Source: Candidatus Magasanikiibacteriota bacterium
Lineage (GTDB): Bacteria > Patescibacteriota > Patescibacteriia > Magasanikbacterales > UBA922
Direction: 5' to 3'
DNA: 64,000 bases
Assembly: GCA_041674805.1 (NCBI GenBank)
Contig: JBAYVA010000003.1
Coordinates: 27,029 to 91,028 of the forward strand
This document shows positions 63,104-64,000 of the stretch, one piece after another; position 1 is the stretch's first letter, and each line of letters opens with the position of its first letter. A program made the translations under genes and the position numbers. The notes under the pieces are model-generated. The model worked only from the letters and a program-made list of their open reading frames with translations. It was not told where the DNA came from and searched no databases.

Positions 63104-63379
63104 TTATTCTACTACCGCGATAACATCTACATGGTCCAAAATTTTATATTCAACATCACCTATTTTTATTTCTTCTCCACCCCATTTTTTAAACAATACT
63201 TTCATACCAACAGCCAAATCTAATTTAGCTAGTTTTTCACCATTACCAAGTGCGATAATCTCACCTTCAGCCTTTTTTTCTTTATCCACTGTCTCTGGCA
63301 AAATAATTCCAGAAAGAGTTTTTTCTTCCTCTACTTGAGGTTTGACCAAAAGACGGTCACCAAGTGGTTTTATATTCAT
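63104..63379 (-). CDS. groS: Co-chaperonin GroES
   Basis: MNIKPLGDRLL..SGIILP; true start ATG 63379. Confidence 0.96.
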   Translation of the reverse strand: MNIKPLGDRLLVKPQVEEEKTLSGIILPETVDKEKKAEGEIIALGNGEKLAKLDLAVGMKVLFKKWGGEEIKIGDVEYKILDHVDVIAVVE

Positions 63380-63405
63380 ACTATATATAATTAAAAATAA
63401 ACATA

Positions 63406-63432
63406 TTATCACTCGTACTAAGTGAGTGATAA
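63406..63432. promoter_or_regulatory. Variant CIRCE operator TTATCACTC-N9-GAGTGATAA
   Basis: Perfect 9-bp inverted repeat with 9-nt spacer just downstream of the groES promoter TTGACA-17-TATGAT. Confidence 0.8.
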
Positions 63433-63527
63433 TATCATATAACTCTTGAAAAAAAATGTCAAGAGAATTTTTTTGTGAAAAAATATCAATGTATATTCGT
63501 TTAATATTTAAATTATTCTCAACACAC

Positions 63528-63665
63528 AAAAAAACCAATGTTAGCAACGAGCTTGATGCGACGACTGTGTATAAAATTCGTGATGCCTGTCAGAAAACAC
63601 GAATTTTGAACAGCGTACGCTTCACGCCTGTTGCTAACACTGGCTTCTTTAAATTTCTTGTTAGC
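63528..63665 (-). ncRNA. Candidate small RNA: long imperfect hairpin ending in a U tract
   Basis: Promoter TTGACA(63695-63700)-17-TAAGAT; hairpin 63535-63643. Confidence 0.45.
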
Positions 63666-63745
63666 CTATGTATCTTAGTAAAAATACCAAGAAGTGTCAA
63701 TCTTTGCCTAGTGGCTAAAATTAGCCAAATAAAAATATGATGTTA

Positions 63746-64000
63746 TTAATCTGTGGACAAACGGTAGATAAGAGCAAAAAATATACTCAAAAACAAAAAA
63801 CCTAAATAAGAAGACAAAAGATAATGATCAAAAAGTCCTAAAGTAGAAAAAATAATAGCTAAAATTAGCCAAAAAAATATTTGATCAACTTTTTTTACAC
63901 TTAGCCAATAAATCACAAAATTAATTAAAACAAAAACAAACAAAGCAAAACCAACAATACCATATTCTACAAAAAACAATAGATATATATTGTGCACTGG
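63746..64000 (-). CDS. C-terminal part of an O-antigen ligase family protein (5'-partial)
   Basis: PVHNIYLLFFVEYGIVG..FDHY. Confidence 0.75.
   Translation of the reverse strand, partial: PVHNIYLLFFVEYGIVGFALFVFVLINFVIYWLSVKKVDQIFFWLILAIIFSTLGLFDHYLLSSYLGFLFLSIFFALIYRLSTD

Noticed and set aside
63380-63547. N-terminal extension of GroES in the ORF track
   Set aside because: Runs through the promoter and CIRCE; the real start is ATG 63379. Similar over-extensions were trimmed for the ORFs starting at 5724, 16173, 45737 and 48900

Overview
Low-GC (roughly 30%) chromosomal segment of a reduced-genome bacterium. The gene content (CPR-type pilin fusion, large S-layer-like protein, DUF5667/DUF5673-like proteins, tRNA-Arg(GCG), short RSH) points to Patescibacteria/CPR, possibly Parcubacteria/ABY1; this assignment is inference. 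Most of the window is housekeeping: radA, recG, khpA, der, pth, dprA, folC-like, topA, rel, parAB, scpAB, aspS, uvrD-like, tgt, rlmH, queA, malic enzyme, mltG, manC-like, prfB, groEL/ES and two tRNAs. An accessory cluster at 27.9-33.9 kb is headed by an OLD-type ABC ATPase-TOPRIM nuclease. The most striking unexplained structure is non-coding. Two four-helix-bundle (IVS/Avd-like) genes are each bracketed by inverted arrays of their own 7-8-nt tandem repeat, and an empty copy of one bracket lies 11 kb away. About ten families of 7-10-nt degenerate tandem repeats plus a 20-nt hairpin family fill many intergenic regions and have entered recG and queA in frame. Also notable: a GC-rich, highly structured promoter-to-terminator unit (2.8-3.26 kb) next to a NUDIX/RelA-synthetase-like fusion; two accessory genes flanked by duplicated sigma70 promoters; a candidate hairpin sRNA upstream of groES; a variant CIRCE; a structured S-layer leader; and a Bro-N/RAYT chimeric remnant. 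All family calls come from motif recognition by eye, with no database searches.
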